A stretch of 59,114 nt of DNA, from NCBI GenBank assembly GCA_030693235.1, contig JAUYBE010000004.1, forward strand, positions 1 through 59,114, given 5' to 3'. Origin of the DNA: a bacterium (GTDB lineage: Bacteria; Patescibacteriota; Minisyncoccia; UBA6257; UBA9933). This document shows positions 47,086 through 56,373 of the stretch, in pieces. The first letter of the stretch is position 1. Each line of letters opens with the position of its first letter. Under the pieces are notes generated by a model. The model searched no databases and was not told the DNA's origin. It saw nothing but the letters and a program-made list of their open reading frames with translations. The position numbers and the translations under genes are program-made.

Positions 47086-48072
47086 ATGTCCGATTTATTT
47101 TTAAAAGTTTTTGATTTTGCCAATCTTCACCGGGCATATAAGGGCGCCCGAAAATGCAAACGCTATCGCGGTTCGATTTTGAAGTTCGGTTACGACCTGG
47201 AAGAAAATTTATTAGCTTTGCGGACGGAATTGGCGAGTAGAACTTATCGGCATGGCGGTTACCGCGAGTTCATAGTCGCTGATTCTAAAAAGCGGACTAT
47301 TAAAGCGGCTCCGTTTCGCGACCGGGTAGTTCACCACGCTTTATGTAATATTATTGAGCCGATTTTGGAGAGGGGATTTATTTATGATTCATACGCTTGC
47401 CGTGTTGGCAAAGGGACGCATGCCGCGATCGTTCGGCTTGAAGGTTTCATAAAAACTTTGCCGGTAAAAATTTATTGCCTCAAATGCGATATTTCCAAAT
47501 ATTTTGACAATATAAACCACGAAATACTTTTGGAGCTGTTGCGCCGCAAAATAAAAGATGAAAATGTTTTGTGGTTGCTTAATGAAATAATAACAAGCAA
47601 TACAAAAGGCATACCCATAGGAAATCTTACGAGCCAAGTATTTGCTAATGTTTATTTGAACGAACTGGACCATTTTGTGAAACGGATATTGCGCGAGAAA
47701 TGCTATATCCGTTATATGGACGATTTTCTTATTTTGGGGTTGGATAAAAAACATTTACAGGAGGATAAGGAGAGAATAAGAATTTTTTTGCGCGATAGGT
47801 TGAAACTTGAACTGCATCCCAAGAAAGCGGAAATTTTTCCGATTGACCGAGGCATTGATTTTCTGGGATATGTTGTTCGCGGCAACCGTCGTCTTTTGAG
47901 AAAATCGACGGTTAAGCGGTTTCTGAAAAAGAGAAAACGATACGCGGCGCTTTTTCGCAAGGGTAAAGTATCTGAAGCGTTTATCTGCAACACATATGCT
48001 TCTTGGCATGGATACGCGAGCTTTGCCAATTCATATAAATTAATGGAGAAACTTGGATTGAATAAGCTATGA
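47086..48072 (+). CDS. DGR reverse transcriptase
   Basis: 'APFRDRVVHHA', 'LKCDISKYF', GIPIGNLTSQVFANVYL, RYMDDF, GIDFLGY. Confidence 0.96.
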   Translation: MSDLFLKVFDFANLHRAYKGARKCKRYRGSILKFGYDLEENLLALRTELASRTYRHGGYREFIVADSKKRTIKAAPFRDRVVHHALCNIIEPILERGFIYDSYACRVGKGTHAAIVRLEGFIKTLPVKIYCLKCDISKYFDNINHEILLELLRRKIKDENVLWLLNEIITSNTKGIPIGNLTSQVFANVYLNELDHFVKRILREKCYIRYMDDFLILGLDKKHLQEDKERIRIFLRDRLKLELHPKKAEIFPIDRGIDFLGYVVRGNRRLLRKSTVKRFLKKRKRYAALFRKGKVSEAFICNTYASWHGYASFANSYKLMEKLGLNKL

Positions 48073-48081
48073 GGAGCGAAG

Positions 48082-48963
48082 CTACGTTTTAGCTATCACC
48101 ATGGCGATTATTTTTCCAGCGCAGTTTTTTTTCAAAATTCTTACCGCTTCATTAATAGTGGCGCCGGAAGTAAAAACATCGTCAACTAAAATAATATTTT
48201 TCCCTTTGATAAAATTTGGGTTTTTGATTTCAAAACAACCGGAAATATTTTTTATTCTTTTTTCAAAATCTTTGAGTTTTGCCTGGGGTTTGTTGTTTTT
48301 GATTCTTTTAAGCCCGTCGATAAGCGGCAAGTTAAAATGGCGGGCTGTTATTTCGGCTAATAATTTCGCTTGATTGAAACCGCGTTCGCGCTCGCGGCCG
48401 GGATGGAGGGGAATGGGAACAATAAGATAGCCAGAAAGCCATCTTTCTATGAGAACCGGCGTTGCGGCTACTCCAGCGGTAGCCGCCCGCCTGCGCTCTC
48501 GCTCTGCCGACTCCTTACTTCGCTCGGAGACCAAGCTCGGCAGAGCTCCGAGAGCTTCTCTACGAAAGATGGCTTTCTGGCCTTGCTGGTTAATGGTAAA
48601 TGACAAATTCGATAAATATTTTATGAGAATTTTTCCTAAAATCGGAGCCAAGTTTTCAAAGCTTTTGTATTTGAAATAGTGAATTAAATTCTGTAAAACC
48701 GGGTCGTCGTAATTTCCGGCCGCCGCCAATAAATAATAAGAATGACTGCAGATTTTTTTGTTTTCCGCCAATCGGGCCCGACAAATCGGACAAAATAAAG
48801 TGTTATTAAGTTTGATAAGATTAAGGCATTGTTCACAGATAAATTTTCCGCGTAAGTCCGCGTCGTTTTCCGCGTTGGTCAGCGTCTTGTGGCAATTTAC
48901 GCAGATGGGCGGGAAGAGGATATCCAGAACAATATTTTTAAGTTTGATTAAAAACAGGGACAT
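48082..48963 (-). CDS. comF: ComF-family phosphoribosyltransferase-like competence protein
   Basis: N-terminal CxxC zinc ribbons, 'PIPLH..R.RERGFNQA', 'LVDDVFTSGAT'. Confidence 0.92.
   Translation of the reverse strand: MSLFLIKLKNIVLDILFPPICVNCHKTLTNAENDADLRGKFICEQCLNLIKLNNTLFCPICRARLAENKKICSHSYYLLAAAGNYDDPVLQNLIHYFKYKSFENLAPILGKILIKYLSNLSFTINQQGQKAIFRREALGALPSLVSERSKESAERERRRAATAGVAATPVLIERWLSGYLIVPIPLHPGRERERGFNQAKLLAEITARHFNLPLIDGLKRIKNNKPQAKLKDFEKRIKNISGCFEIKNPNFIKGKNIILVDDVFTSGATINEAVRILKKNCAGKIIAMVIAKT
48431..48580. mobile_element. 150-bp MITE-like insertion, in frame within comF
   Basis: Perfect 17-bp terminal inverted repeats CCAGAAAGCCATCTTTC / GAAAGATGGCTTTCTGG; 50 codons, frame preserved. 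Confidence 0.7.
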
Positions 48964-48980
48964 AGTATAATTATATTATA

Positions 48981-50057
48981 ATGTTTGATTCCATAAAATC
49001 GTTAATCGGCATTCAATCTTATCTCGGCGTAGATATCGGAACCACTTCAATTAAAATGGTGGAAATTTCCAAAGGCAAACGGCGGCCGAAAATTGAAAAT
49101 TACGGCGTCTTGGAAAGTTACGGCCATTTGGAACGCATCAACGACGCCATTCAAACCGCCGGTTTGAAAATAATGGAAAAAGAAGCCGCCGAGCTTTTGA
49201 AACTGCTTTTAAAACAACTGAAAATCAAATCAAGGGAAGCGATTGCTTCAATTCCCGCTTTTTCGGTTTTTATCACTTCGTTGGAAATACCGGAGATGTC
49301 CGAGGTTGATATGGCGAAAACGATGTCATTCCAGATCAGCCAGCATATTCCTTTACCGGTTCAGGAAGTTGCCATTGAATGGTTGAAAATCGGGGAAAGA
49401 GATGACGAAAGCGGATTCACCAAGCAGCAAATTTTGGTAATTTCCATACCCAATGAACTGATTTCAAGATACAAAACCATTTTTAAATTAGCGGGTCTTA
49501 AATTAAAAGCTTTGGAAGTGGAAAGTTTGAGTCTGGCAAGGGCGCTTGGCGATAATAATCCGGCGCCGTCTTTGCTTGTTGACATTGGCGGCCGTTCCAC
49601 CAATATTTCAGTTGTTGAAAAAGGTTTTCTGAAGTATAATAATCATACTGATTTCGCCGGCGGTTCTTTGACTCAGGCGATTTCAAGCGGTTTGAACATT
49701 AATATCAGAAGGGCGGAAGAATTGAAGAAACAGAGAGGTCTTTTGGGAGCCGGAGGAGAGTTTGAGTTATCCACATTAATTTTTCCCTTTTTAGATGCTA
49801 TAATAAATGAAGCGAACAGGGGAAGAACCGTTTTTGAAAAAAATCAGGGAGTAAAAATTGAACGAGTTTTGCTGGCCGGCGGCGGCGCCAATCTTTTAGG
49901 CATTGAAAAATATTTTGAGGAGCAGATAAATTTACCGGTAACCATCGGCAATCCATTTTTAAAAATGGAGTATCCGGCAAGAATAGAACCGATGGCAAAA
50001 GAATTGGGTCCGAGTTTTTCCGTTGCTATTGGATTGGGGATAAAGGAGTTTGTATAA
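48981..50057 (+). CDS. pilM: type IV pilus assembly protein PilM
   Basis: LGVDIGTTSIK, VDIGG..T actin-like motifs, GGGA. Confidence 0.93.
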   Translation: MFDSIKSLIGIQSYLGVDIGTTSIKMVEISKGKRRPKIENYGVLESYGHLERINDAIQTAGLKIMEKEAAELLKLLLKQLKIKSREAIASIPAFSVFITSLEIPEMSEVDMAKTMSFQISQHIPLPVQEVAIEWLKIGERDDESGFTKQQILVISIPNELISRYKTIFKLAGLKLKALEVESLSLARALGDNNPAPSLLVDIGGRSTNISVVEKGFLKYNNHTDFAGGSLTQAISSGLNINIRRAEELKKQRGLLGAGGEFELSTLIFPFLDAIINEANRGRTVFEKNQGVKIERVLLAGGGANLLGIEKYFEEQINLPVTIGNPFLKMEYPARIEPMAKELGPSFSVAIGLGIKEFV

Positions 50058-50064
50058 ATTTGGT

Positions 50065-50610
50065 ATGCAATACACTAAATCGATTTTAGAGGAACAATTA
50101 AAAGCCGGCGAAAGATTGCCGGTCGGCTGGCCTTGGCGGCTTTTGCTTTTTACCGCGGTCGTTTTCGGCATCGTGGTTTTTCTTTATTTTGGAATGGTTT
50201 TCGGTTATAAACCCTTTTTAGATTCAAGAGCGAAAGGATTGGATAAAGAAATTGCCAGCTTGACGGATTCCATCGGCGAAGAACAGCAAAAGGATTTTAT
50301 CAATTTTTATTCTCAATTGGTCAATATTCAGGATTTATTGGCGAATCACGCGGCCGCTTCGAAACTTTTCGATTTTCTGGAAAAAAATACCCATCAGCAA
50401 GTCAATTATCTTTCTTTGAATTTATCTTTGACGGAAAAAAATTTAAAACTTGACGGCAGCGCGCCTGATTATAAAGTTTTGGTTCAGCAATTGGAGTTGT
50501 TCCGCCGGGCGCCGGAAATCAATCAGATTTTTTTGGAAGATTCAAAACTGGGAGAAGGTAGTATTCGTTTTTCCATTCGGTTGATGTTTAAACCGGAGTT
50601 AGTGATATAA
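50065..50610 (+). CDS. PilN-like protein
   Basis: TM, coiled coil, ferredoxin-like 'L.LDGSA..Y..L..Q'; follows pilM. Confidence 0.7.
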   Translation: MQYTKSILEEQLKAGERLPVGWPWRLLLFTAVVFGIVVFLYFGMVFGYKPFLDSRAKGLDKEIASLTDSIGEEQQKDFINFYSQLVNIQDLLANHAAASKLFDFLEKNTHQQVNYLSLNLSLTEKNLKLDGSAPDYKVLVQQLELFRRAPEINQIFLEDSKLGEGSIRFSIRLMFKPELVI

Positions 50611-50650
50611 TTATTCGTATATTCGTATTTATTCGTTATTCGGTGATTTT

Positions 50651-51220
50651 ATGAAAGCTTCAAATAAAAGAATTTTAAGCATCTTAACGGCGATTCTGAT
50701 GATTATCGCTTCGCTTTTTGTTTACAGCTCTTTGATTCGTCCGGTTTATTCGGAAATTAAAAATTTGCGAGCCGAAGTCGCCGGCCGGCTCGATTTGATT
50801 AACAGAAACAAAGCTTCAATAGAGCAGGTCCAAAAACTTTTAAGCGAATACCAAAGTATTTCTCAAGCCAAAGAAATGACTTCTTTGGTTTTATCGTCGG
50901 AACAAAATATTTCTCAAGCGGTTAATCAGGTTGTCGGCTTGGTTGGTTTAAACAGTTTATCCACGGAACTTTTGGCTGTTCAGCAATTAGCCATAAAACC
51001 TTCGGCTCAGCCGAATTTGGTGAAGGGAGTGGGAGTTTTGAGATTTAATCTTCGGTTGGTGGGTAATTACGAAAATTTTAAAAAATTTCTTCAAAATTTG
51101 GAAACTAATATAAATTTAATGGATTTGGCGAGTTTGAAAATCGAATCAGCTGGGAAAATTAAGGGCGGCGATAGTTTATCCTACACAATGATTATTGACA
51201 GTTATTATCAGGCGAATTAG
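50651..51220 (+). CDS. PilO-like protein
   Basis: TM, coiled coil, 'L.G.YENFK.FL..LE...RL.D' type motif. Confidence 0.78.
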   Translation: MKASNKRILSILTAILMIIASLFVYSSLIRPVYSEIKNLRAEVAGRLDLINRNKASIEQVQKLLSEYQSISQAKEMTSLVLSSEQNISQAVNQVVGLVGLNSLSTELLAVQQLAIKPSAQPNLVKGVGVLRFNLRLVGNYENFKKFLQNLETNINLMDLASLKIESAGKIKGGDSLSYTMIIDSYYQAN

Positions 51221-51226
51221 TGAAGC

Positions 51227-51310
51227 TTTTAGGTTTTAGCTTTTAGGTTTTAGATAAATAATAAAATTTCTAACACCTAACACCTAACACCTAACACCTA
51301 ACACCTAAAA
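51227..51310. repeat. heptamer hairpin (GGTTTTA)n...(TAACACC)n
   Basis: Same structure at 51600-51650, 53408-53481, 55785-55846, 57792-57903, 58377-58472, 58973-59007. Confidence 0.9.
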
Positions 51311-51313
51311 TTC

Positions 51314-51601
51314 ATGGCTATTGTAATTCAAGAAGAAAGAAAAAAAATTAATTGGTTCGTGTTGAGCGCGATTCTTTTAATAGCGGCGACGATTGTCGGA
51401 GTAATTTATTATTTGTTTTTTGTCAAACCTTCTTTAATTGAAAAAGTGGCGCCGTTGAAGCTCCAATCAATTAAAGAAATTTCTTCAATAAAATTGGATC
51501 CGGGAGCGGTTATTGATAACCCGCGTTTTCAAATTCTCAAGCAATACGCGCATCCGATAGAAATCGGACCAGTCGGAAAAAGTAATCCGTTTATAAGATA
51601 A
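51314..51601 (+). CDS. small membrane protein of T4P cluster
   Basis: TM helix, C-terminal 'G..NPF'. Confidence 0.7.
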   Translation: MAIVIQEERKKINWFVLSAILLIAATIVGVIYYLFFVKPSLIEKVAPLKLQSIKEISSIKLDPGAVIDNPRFQILKQYAHPIEIGPVGKSNPFIR

Positions 51602-51653
51602 GGTTTTAGGTTTTAGTTTTTAGCGAATTACCTAACACCTAACACCTAAAAAA

Positions 51654-53396
51654 TTGGATAATAAAACTTTTCTTCAGGAATTAATAAAACAAGGATTTTT
51701 AACGGAGGATATAGCCAAGAAACTTCTTCAAGAATCTTCTTTGACTCGGAAAAACGCCGAAGAGTTGATTTATGAGCGCCGGCTTATTGACGAAGAAATA
51801 TTGGCGAACGCGAAAAGCCGGATTTTAAGCGTTCCTTATAAAAAAATAAAAATTGAAGAAATCGATGACGAACTTTTAAAGCTCATTCCGGAAGAAACTG
51901 TCAGGAATTATAAGGTTATTCCTATCAGCCGTTCAGCCGACACCGTAATCGTCGGAATGCTTTATCCCGATGACGCCAAAGCTTTGGACGCTTTGAAATT
52001 CATCGCCAAGCAGCTGCGGATAAATCTCGGCGTTTATTTAATCACTCGGTCTGAATGGGAAACGATGTTGAGGCGTTATTCTCCTTATCGAGGCGAAGTT
52101 GACGCCGCGGTCAGGTCGCTTAATTTTTCATCCAGCCGTAATCAGACCGCGACTCAAAAAATTATTCAATTAGAGGAAGGAGCGTCTGTTTCCGAAGAAG
52201 CGCCGATTATCAAAATAGTCGCTTCAACTCTTAAAGAAGCGGTTTGGCAAAAAGCTTCGGATATTCACATCGAACCCCAAAGAAATCGGTTGCGAATCAG
52301 GTTTCGAATCGACGGCGAGCTTCAAGAGGTTTCTTCTTTGCCGATTGAGCTTCATCAGCCGATTGTTTCCCGCGTTAAGGTTCTTTCAAATTTAAAAATT
52401 GACGAGACTAGAATTCCCCAGGACGGCCGTTTTCGGACAGTGCTTTTTGGCCGGGACATTGATTATCGGGTCGCTACTTTTCCAACGCCGGTGGGCGAAA
52501 AAGCCGCCATTCGGGTTTTGGATCCGATTACCGGCTTAAAGGGATTGGAAGAATTGGGATTAATAGGAAGAAATTATCAGATTGTCAAAGAGGGAATTAA
52601 AAAGCCTTATGGAATGGTTTTAATCACCGGACCGACCGGCTCGGGAAAAACCACCACTCTTTACGCCATAATGCAGATTCTCAACAAAGAAGGAGTTAAT
52701 ATTGTCAGCTTGGAAGATCCGGTTGAATATTTTATTGACGGTTTAAACCAGTCTCAAGTACGGCCGGAAATCGGCTATGATTTCGCTTCGGGCTTGCGGC
52801 AGATTCTTCGCCAAGACCCGGATATAATTATGGTCGGCGAGATTCGAGATACTGAAACCGCCGGCTTGGCGATTCACGCAGCTTTAACCGGCCATATCGT
52901 GCTTTCAACCCTTCATACCAACAATGCTCTCGGCGTAATTCCGCGTTTGATTGATATGAAAATCGACCCGTTTTTAATACCCGCTTCTTTAAATTTAATG
53001 GTGGCTCAGCGTTTGGCGCCCAAGCTTTGCCAGGAATGCAAAAAACCGGAAAAAGCTCCGGAAAAAATTCAGGAAATAATCAAAAAGGAATTGGAAAAAT
53101 TGCCGGCTGTCATTGCGAACGAAGTGAAGCAATCTCATAAAGAAATGAATATCTACCATTCTCCCGGCTGCAAAGCCTGTCAAAATAAAGGCATTAGCGG
53201 CCGCGTTGCCTTGTTTGAAATCTTGCAAATGACTCCCGAGCTTGAGGATATTGTTAATTCTTCGCCGACCGAACACCGAATTCTTGAAGAAGCGCGGCGC
53301 CAGGGGATGATTAGTTTGCGCCAGGATGGCATTTTAAAGGCGCTGGAAGGATTAATTTCAATTGAAGAAGTGTTGAAGGAAACGACGGAAGTGTGA
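51654..53396 (+). CDS. pilB: type IV pilus assembly ATPase PilB/GspE
   Basis: ASDIHIEP, PQDGRF, GPTGSGKTT, LRQDPD..MVGEIRD, tetracysteine motif; TTG start. Confidence 0.95.
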   Translation: MDNKTFLQELIKQGFLTEDIAKKLLQESSLTRKNAEELIYERRLIDEEILANAKSRILSVPYKKIKIEEIDDELLKLIPEETVRNYKVIPISRSADTVIVGMLYPDDAKALDALKFIAKQLRINLGVYLITRSEWETMLRRYSPYRGEVDAAVRSLNFSSSRNQTATQKIIQLEEGASVSEEAPIIKIVASTLKEAVWQKASDIHIEPQRNRLRIRFRIDGELQEVSSLPIELHQPIVSRVKVLSNLKIDETRIPQDGRFRTVLFGRDIDYRVATFPTPVGEKAAIRVLDPITGLKGLEELGLIGRNYQIVKEGIKKPYGMVLITGPTGSGKTTTLYAIMQILNKEGVNIVSLEDPVEYFIDGLNQSQVRPEIGYDFASGLRQILRQDPDIIMVGEIRDTETAGLAIHAALTGHIVLSTLHTNNALGVIPRLIDMKIDPFLIPASLNLMVAQRLAPKLCQECKKPEKAPEKIQEIIKKELEKLPAVIANEVKQSHKEMNIYHSPGCKACQNKGISGRVALFEILQMTPELEDIVNSSPTEHRILEEARRQGMISLRQDGILKALEGLISIEEVLKETTEV

Positions 53397-53486
53397 TATA
53401 CTTAAACAGGTTTTAGGTTTTAGTTTTTAGGTTTTAGATGAATTTTTTTCTAACACCTAACACCTAACACCTAACACCTAAAAAAC

Positions 53487-54557
53487 TTGGACTACAAACA
53501 GAAACTCAACGATCTATTATTAACCACGGCTCGGCAAAACGCGAGCGATTTGCATTTGGCGGTCGGTAGGCATCCGACCCTAAGAATAGACAGCGTTTTA
53601 ATTCCCTTAAGCAAGGAACCGCTTTTAACTCCGGAAACGGCGGATAATTTAATATTCAATCTTCTGACGCCGGAACAAAAAGACAGTTTTTTGCGGGAAA
53701 AAGAAATTGATTTTTCTTACAGCTTTGAAGATAAGGCTCGTTTTCGGGTAAATGTTTTTTATCAGCGGGGGTTTGCGGCGGCGGCTTTGCGGTTGATTCC
53801 GGCTCAAATTAAAACAATTGAAGAATTGGGTTTGCCGCCGGTTCTTTATGATTTTGCCAGGATTTCCCAAGGTTTTGTTTTATTGGTCGGTCCGGCCGGC
53901 CATGGAAAATCAACCACTTTGGCGGCGATTCTCGATGAGATTAACCATAAAAAAACAGATCATATTATCACAGTTGAAGATCCGATAGAATATATCTTTA
54001 CTCAAGACAAGTGCATTATTTCCCAGCGTGAAGTGAAAAGCGACACGTTGGATTTTCATAGGGCTTTGCGTTCGCTTTTGCGTCAGGATCCGGACGTTAT
54101 AATGGTTGGCGAAATGCGCGACGCCGAATCGATTGCCACGGCAATGACCGCGGCTGAAACCGGACATTTGGTTTTTTCCACTCTTCATACCAATTCGGCA
54201 TCGCAAACCATTGACAGGATTATTGACAGCTTTCCGGCTGAACAGCAAAATCAGATTGCTTCGCAATTAGCGGCTGTTTTAGTCGGAGTTATTTCCGAGC
54301 GTTTGATTCCTAAAATTGACGGCGGCCGGATACCGGCTTGCGAAATAATGATCACTAATCCGGCTATCCGCAATTTAATCCGGGAACGGAAAGCTTATCA
54401 AATTGATTTGGTAATCGAAACGTCCATTCAAGAAGGAATGATGACGTTGAATCGTTCTTTGGCGAATTTGGTAAAGAAGAAAGAAATTTCATTGGAAAAG
54501 GCGGAACTGTATTCATTGAATCCGAGCGAGTTGAGGATACTATTGGAACGTAGTTAA
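53487..54557 (+). CDS. pilT: type IV pilus retraction ATPase PilT
   Basis: ASDLHL, GPAGHGKSTT, EDPIE, LRQDPDVI.VGEMRD, TLHT; TTG start. Confidence 0.95.
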   Translation: MDYKQKLNDLLLTTARQNASDLHLAVGRHPTLRIDSVLIPLSKEPLLTPETADNLIFNLLTPEQKDSFLREKEIDFSYSFEDKARFRVNVFYQRGFAAAALRLIPAQIKTIEELGLPPVLYDFARISQGFVLLVGPAGHGKSTTLAAILDEINHKKTDHIITVEDPIEYIFTQDKCIISQREVKSDTLDFHRALRSLLRQDPDVIMVGEMRDAESIATAMTAAETGHLVFSTLHTNSASQTIDRIIDSFPAEQQNQIASQLAAVLVGVISERLIPKIDGGRIPACEIMITNPAIRNLIRERKAYQIDLVIETSIQEGMMTLNRSLANLVKKKEISLEKAELYSLNPSELRILLERS

Positions 54558-54558
54558 A

Positions 54559-55767
54559 ATGAAATACAAATACAACGCTAGAACTCAAGAAGGGGAATTG
54601 CAAACCGGTTTTGTTGACGCCGCCAATCGCGAAGCGGTAACCAATATTTTAACCGGCCACGGCCTTTTTATTTTAAGCCTAGAAGAAGCGGAAAAACTTC
54701 GCCGGTTTGACAGAATTTTGGGATTTTTTAACAGAGTCAAGATTAATGACTTAATGATTTTTACCCGTCAATTCGCGACTTTGATGGAATCAAAAGTGCC
54801 GTTGAGCGACAGCCTGAGAACTCTTCACAAGCAAACGAGAAATATTATTTTAAAAGAAGCGATTTTTGGAGTTTCTTCCGATATTGACGCCGGTTTGTCT
54901 TTGTCCCAGGCAATGGAGCGCCAAGGAAAAATTTTTTCGGAATTTTACATTAATATGATTCGTTCGTCCGAAATTACCGGCCGTTTGGAAGAAGCGATGA
55001 CTTTTTTGGCTGACTACATAGACAAAGAATCAATGTGGCGTTCGCGCATCAGGAATGCCTTAATTTACCCGATAATCGTGATTGTTTTGTTTTTGGGCGT
55101 GGCTATTGTGATGCTGACCACGGTTTTTCCCCAAATCGCGCCGATTTTTGAGGAAACCGGCACAGAGTTGCCTTTTCTTACCAAGGTTTTTTTAACTAGC
55201 GGCGGCTTTATACTGGAATGGTGGTGGGCGATTATTTTAATATTGATTCTTTTGGCTTTTTTGCTGGTTGATTATTTTCAAAGCGATGAAGGGAAAATCG
55301 TCGCCAATGAATTGGCGATAAAAATTCCGATTTTCGGAAATTTATTCAAGAAAATTTATGTGGCGCGTTTTGTCGAGTCGGTGTCGATTTTAATAAAAGG
55401 CGGTATTCCGATTACTCAAGCGATCGAAGTTTCCGGCCACGCGATAGGCAATATCGTTTATCGGGATATTCTGCATGAAGTGGCGGAAGGCGTCAGGGGC
55501 GGGGAATTGCTGTCAACTCTTTTGTCCCAAAAAGAATATTATTTTCCGGCTTTGGTCGGGCAAATGATTGCTATCGGCGAATCCACCGGCCGGCTTGACG
55601 AGACCTTATTGAGAATTTCAAGTTTTTACACCCGGGAAGTCGATGACGTGTTAAGCAATTTAACGGAATTGGTTCAACCGATTTTAATCGTGGTTATCGG
55701 CGTTTTCGTCGGATTGTTATTTGCTTCGGTTTTGATTCCGATATATAATTTAGCGCAGGCATTTTAA
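54559..55767 (+). CDS. pilC: type IV pilus platform protein PilC/GspF
   Basis: Two GspF domains, 'FTRQFATL', 'ALIYP', 'GE.TG.LD'. Confidence 0.94.
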   Translation: MKYKYNARTQEGELQTGFVDAANREAVTNILTGHGLFILSLEEAEKLRRFDRILGFFNRVKINDLMIFTRQFATLMESKVPLSDSLRTLHKQTRNIILKEAIFGVSSDIDAGLSLSQAMERQGKIFSEFYINMIRSSEITGRLEEAMTFLADYIDKESMWRSRIRNALIYPIIVIVLFLGVAIVMLTTVFPQIAPIFEETGTELPFLTKVFLTSGGFILEWWWAIILILILLAFLLVDYFQSDEGKIVANELAIKIPIFGNLFKKIYVARFVESVSILIKGGIPITQAIEVSGHAIGNIVYRDILHEVAEGVRGGELLSTLLSQKEYYFPALVGQMIAIGESTGRLDETLLRISSFYTREVDDVLSNLTELVQPILIVVIGVFVGLLFASVLIPIYNLAQAF

Positions 55768-55849
55768 AAGGTCGAATATTAAAATAGGTTTTAGATTTTA
55801 GAACCTAACACTTAACACCTAACACCTAACACCTAACACCTAAAAACTA

Positions 55850-56290
55850 ATGAATAAAAAAGGTTTTACCTTAATTGAAATTTTAATAGTGGTCGCCATT
55901 ATCGGGCTTTTATCTTCGGTGGTTTTGGTTGGTTTGGGTTCTTTCAGGGCTCGGGGTCGAGACGCGCGCCGCTTAGCTGATTTGCGTCAAACCCAAAACG
56001 CTTTGGAGCTCTATTACACAAAATATGTAAAATACCCGGCTCTTGGCGGCGGTGATAGTTGGTCGAGTTTGACAAAGAGCTTAGTTGACGCCGGTATTGG
56101 AGTTTCAACAATATCAGATGATCCGCTTTCTCCCGATAAAATTTATCTTTACGGCGTTGCTGGCGACGGTCAGAATTACGTTTTGGCGGCTACTTTGGAA
56201 GACGCCGGAAACCCGGCCCTTAAAAACGATCCTGACGGCAGTATTTATGGCATTGATTGCGCTGATCCAAGATTCTGCGCCCAGTTTTAA
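55850..56290 (+). CDS. type IV pilin (probable major pilin / GspG-like)
   Basis: KKG|FTLIEILIVVAIIG; 'RD.RR..DL..Q.ALELYY'. Confidence 0.92.
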   Translation: MNKKGFTLIEILIVVAIIGLLSSVVLVGLGSFRARGRDARRLADLRQTQNALELYYTKYVKYPALGGGDSWSSLTKSLVDAGIGVSTISDDPLSPDKIYLYGVAGDGQNYVLAATLEDAGNPALKNDPDGSIYGIDCADPRFCAQF

Positions 56291-56373
56291 AAAAGTTAAT
56301 TGCAAGATTGAAAGATTGCAAGATTGAAAAATTAAAAAAATAATCTTTAAATCTTTCAATAGGTAATTTTTCA

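Noticed and set aside
47086-48072. Group II intron or retron RT
   Set aside because: Short RT without maturase/endonuclease domains, accompanied by Avd and an adenine-mismatched TR/VR pair, so it is a DGR RT.
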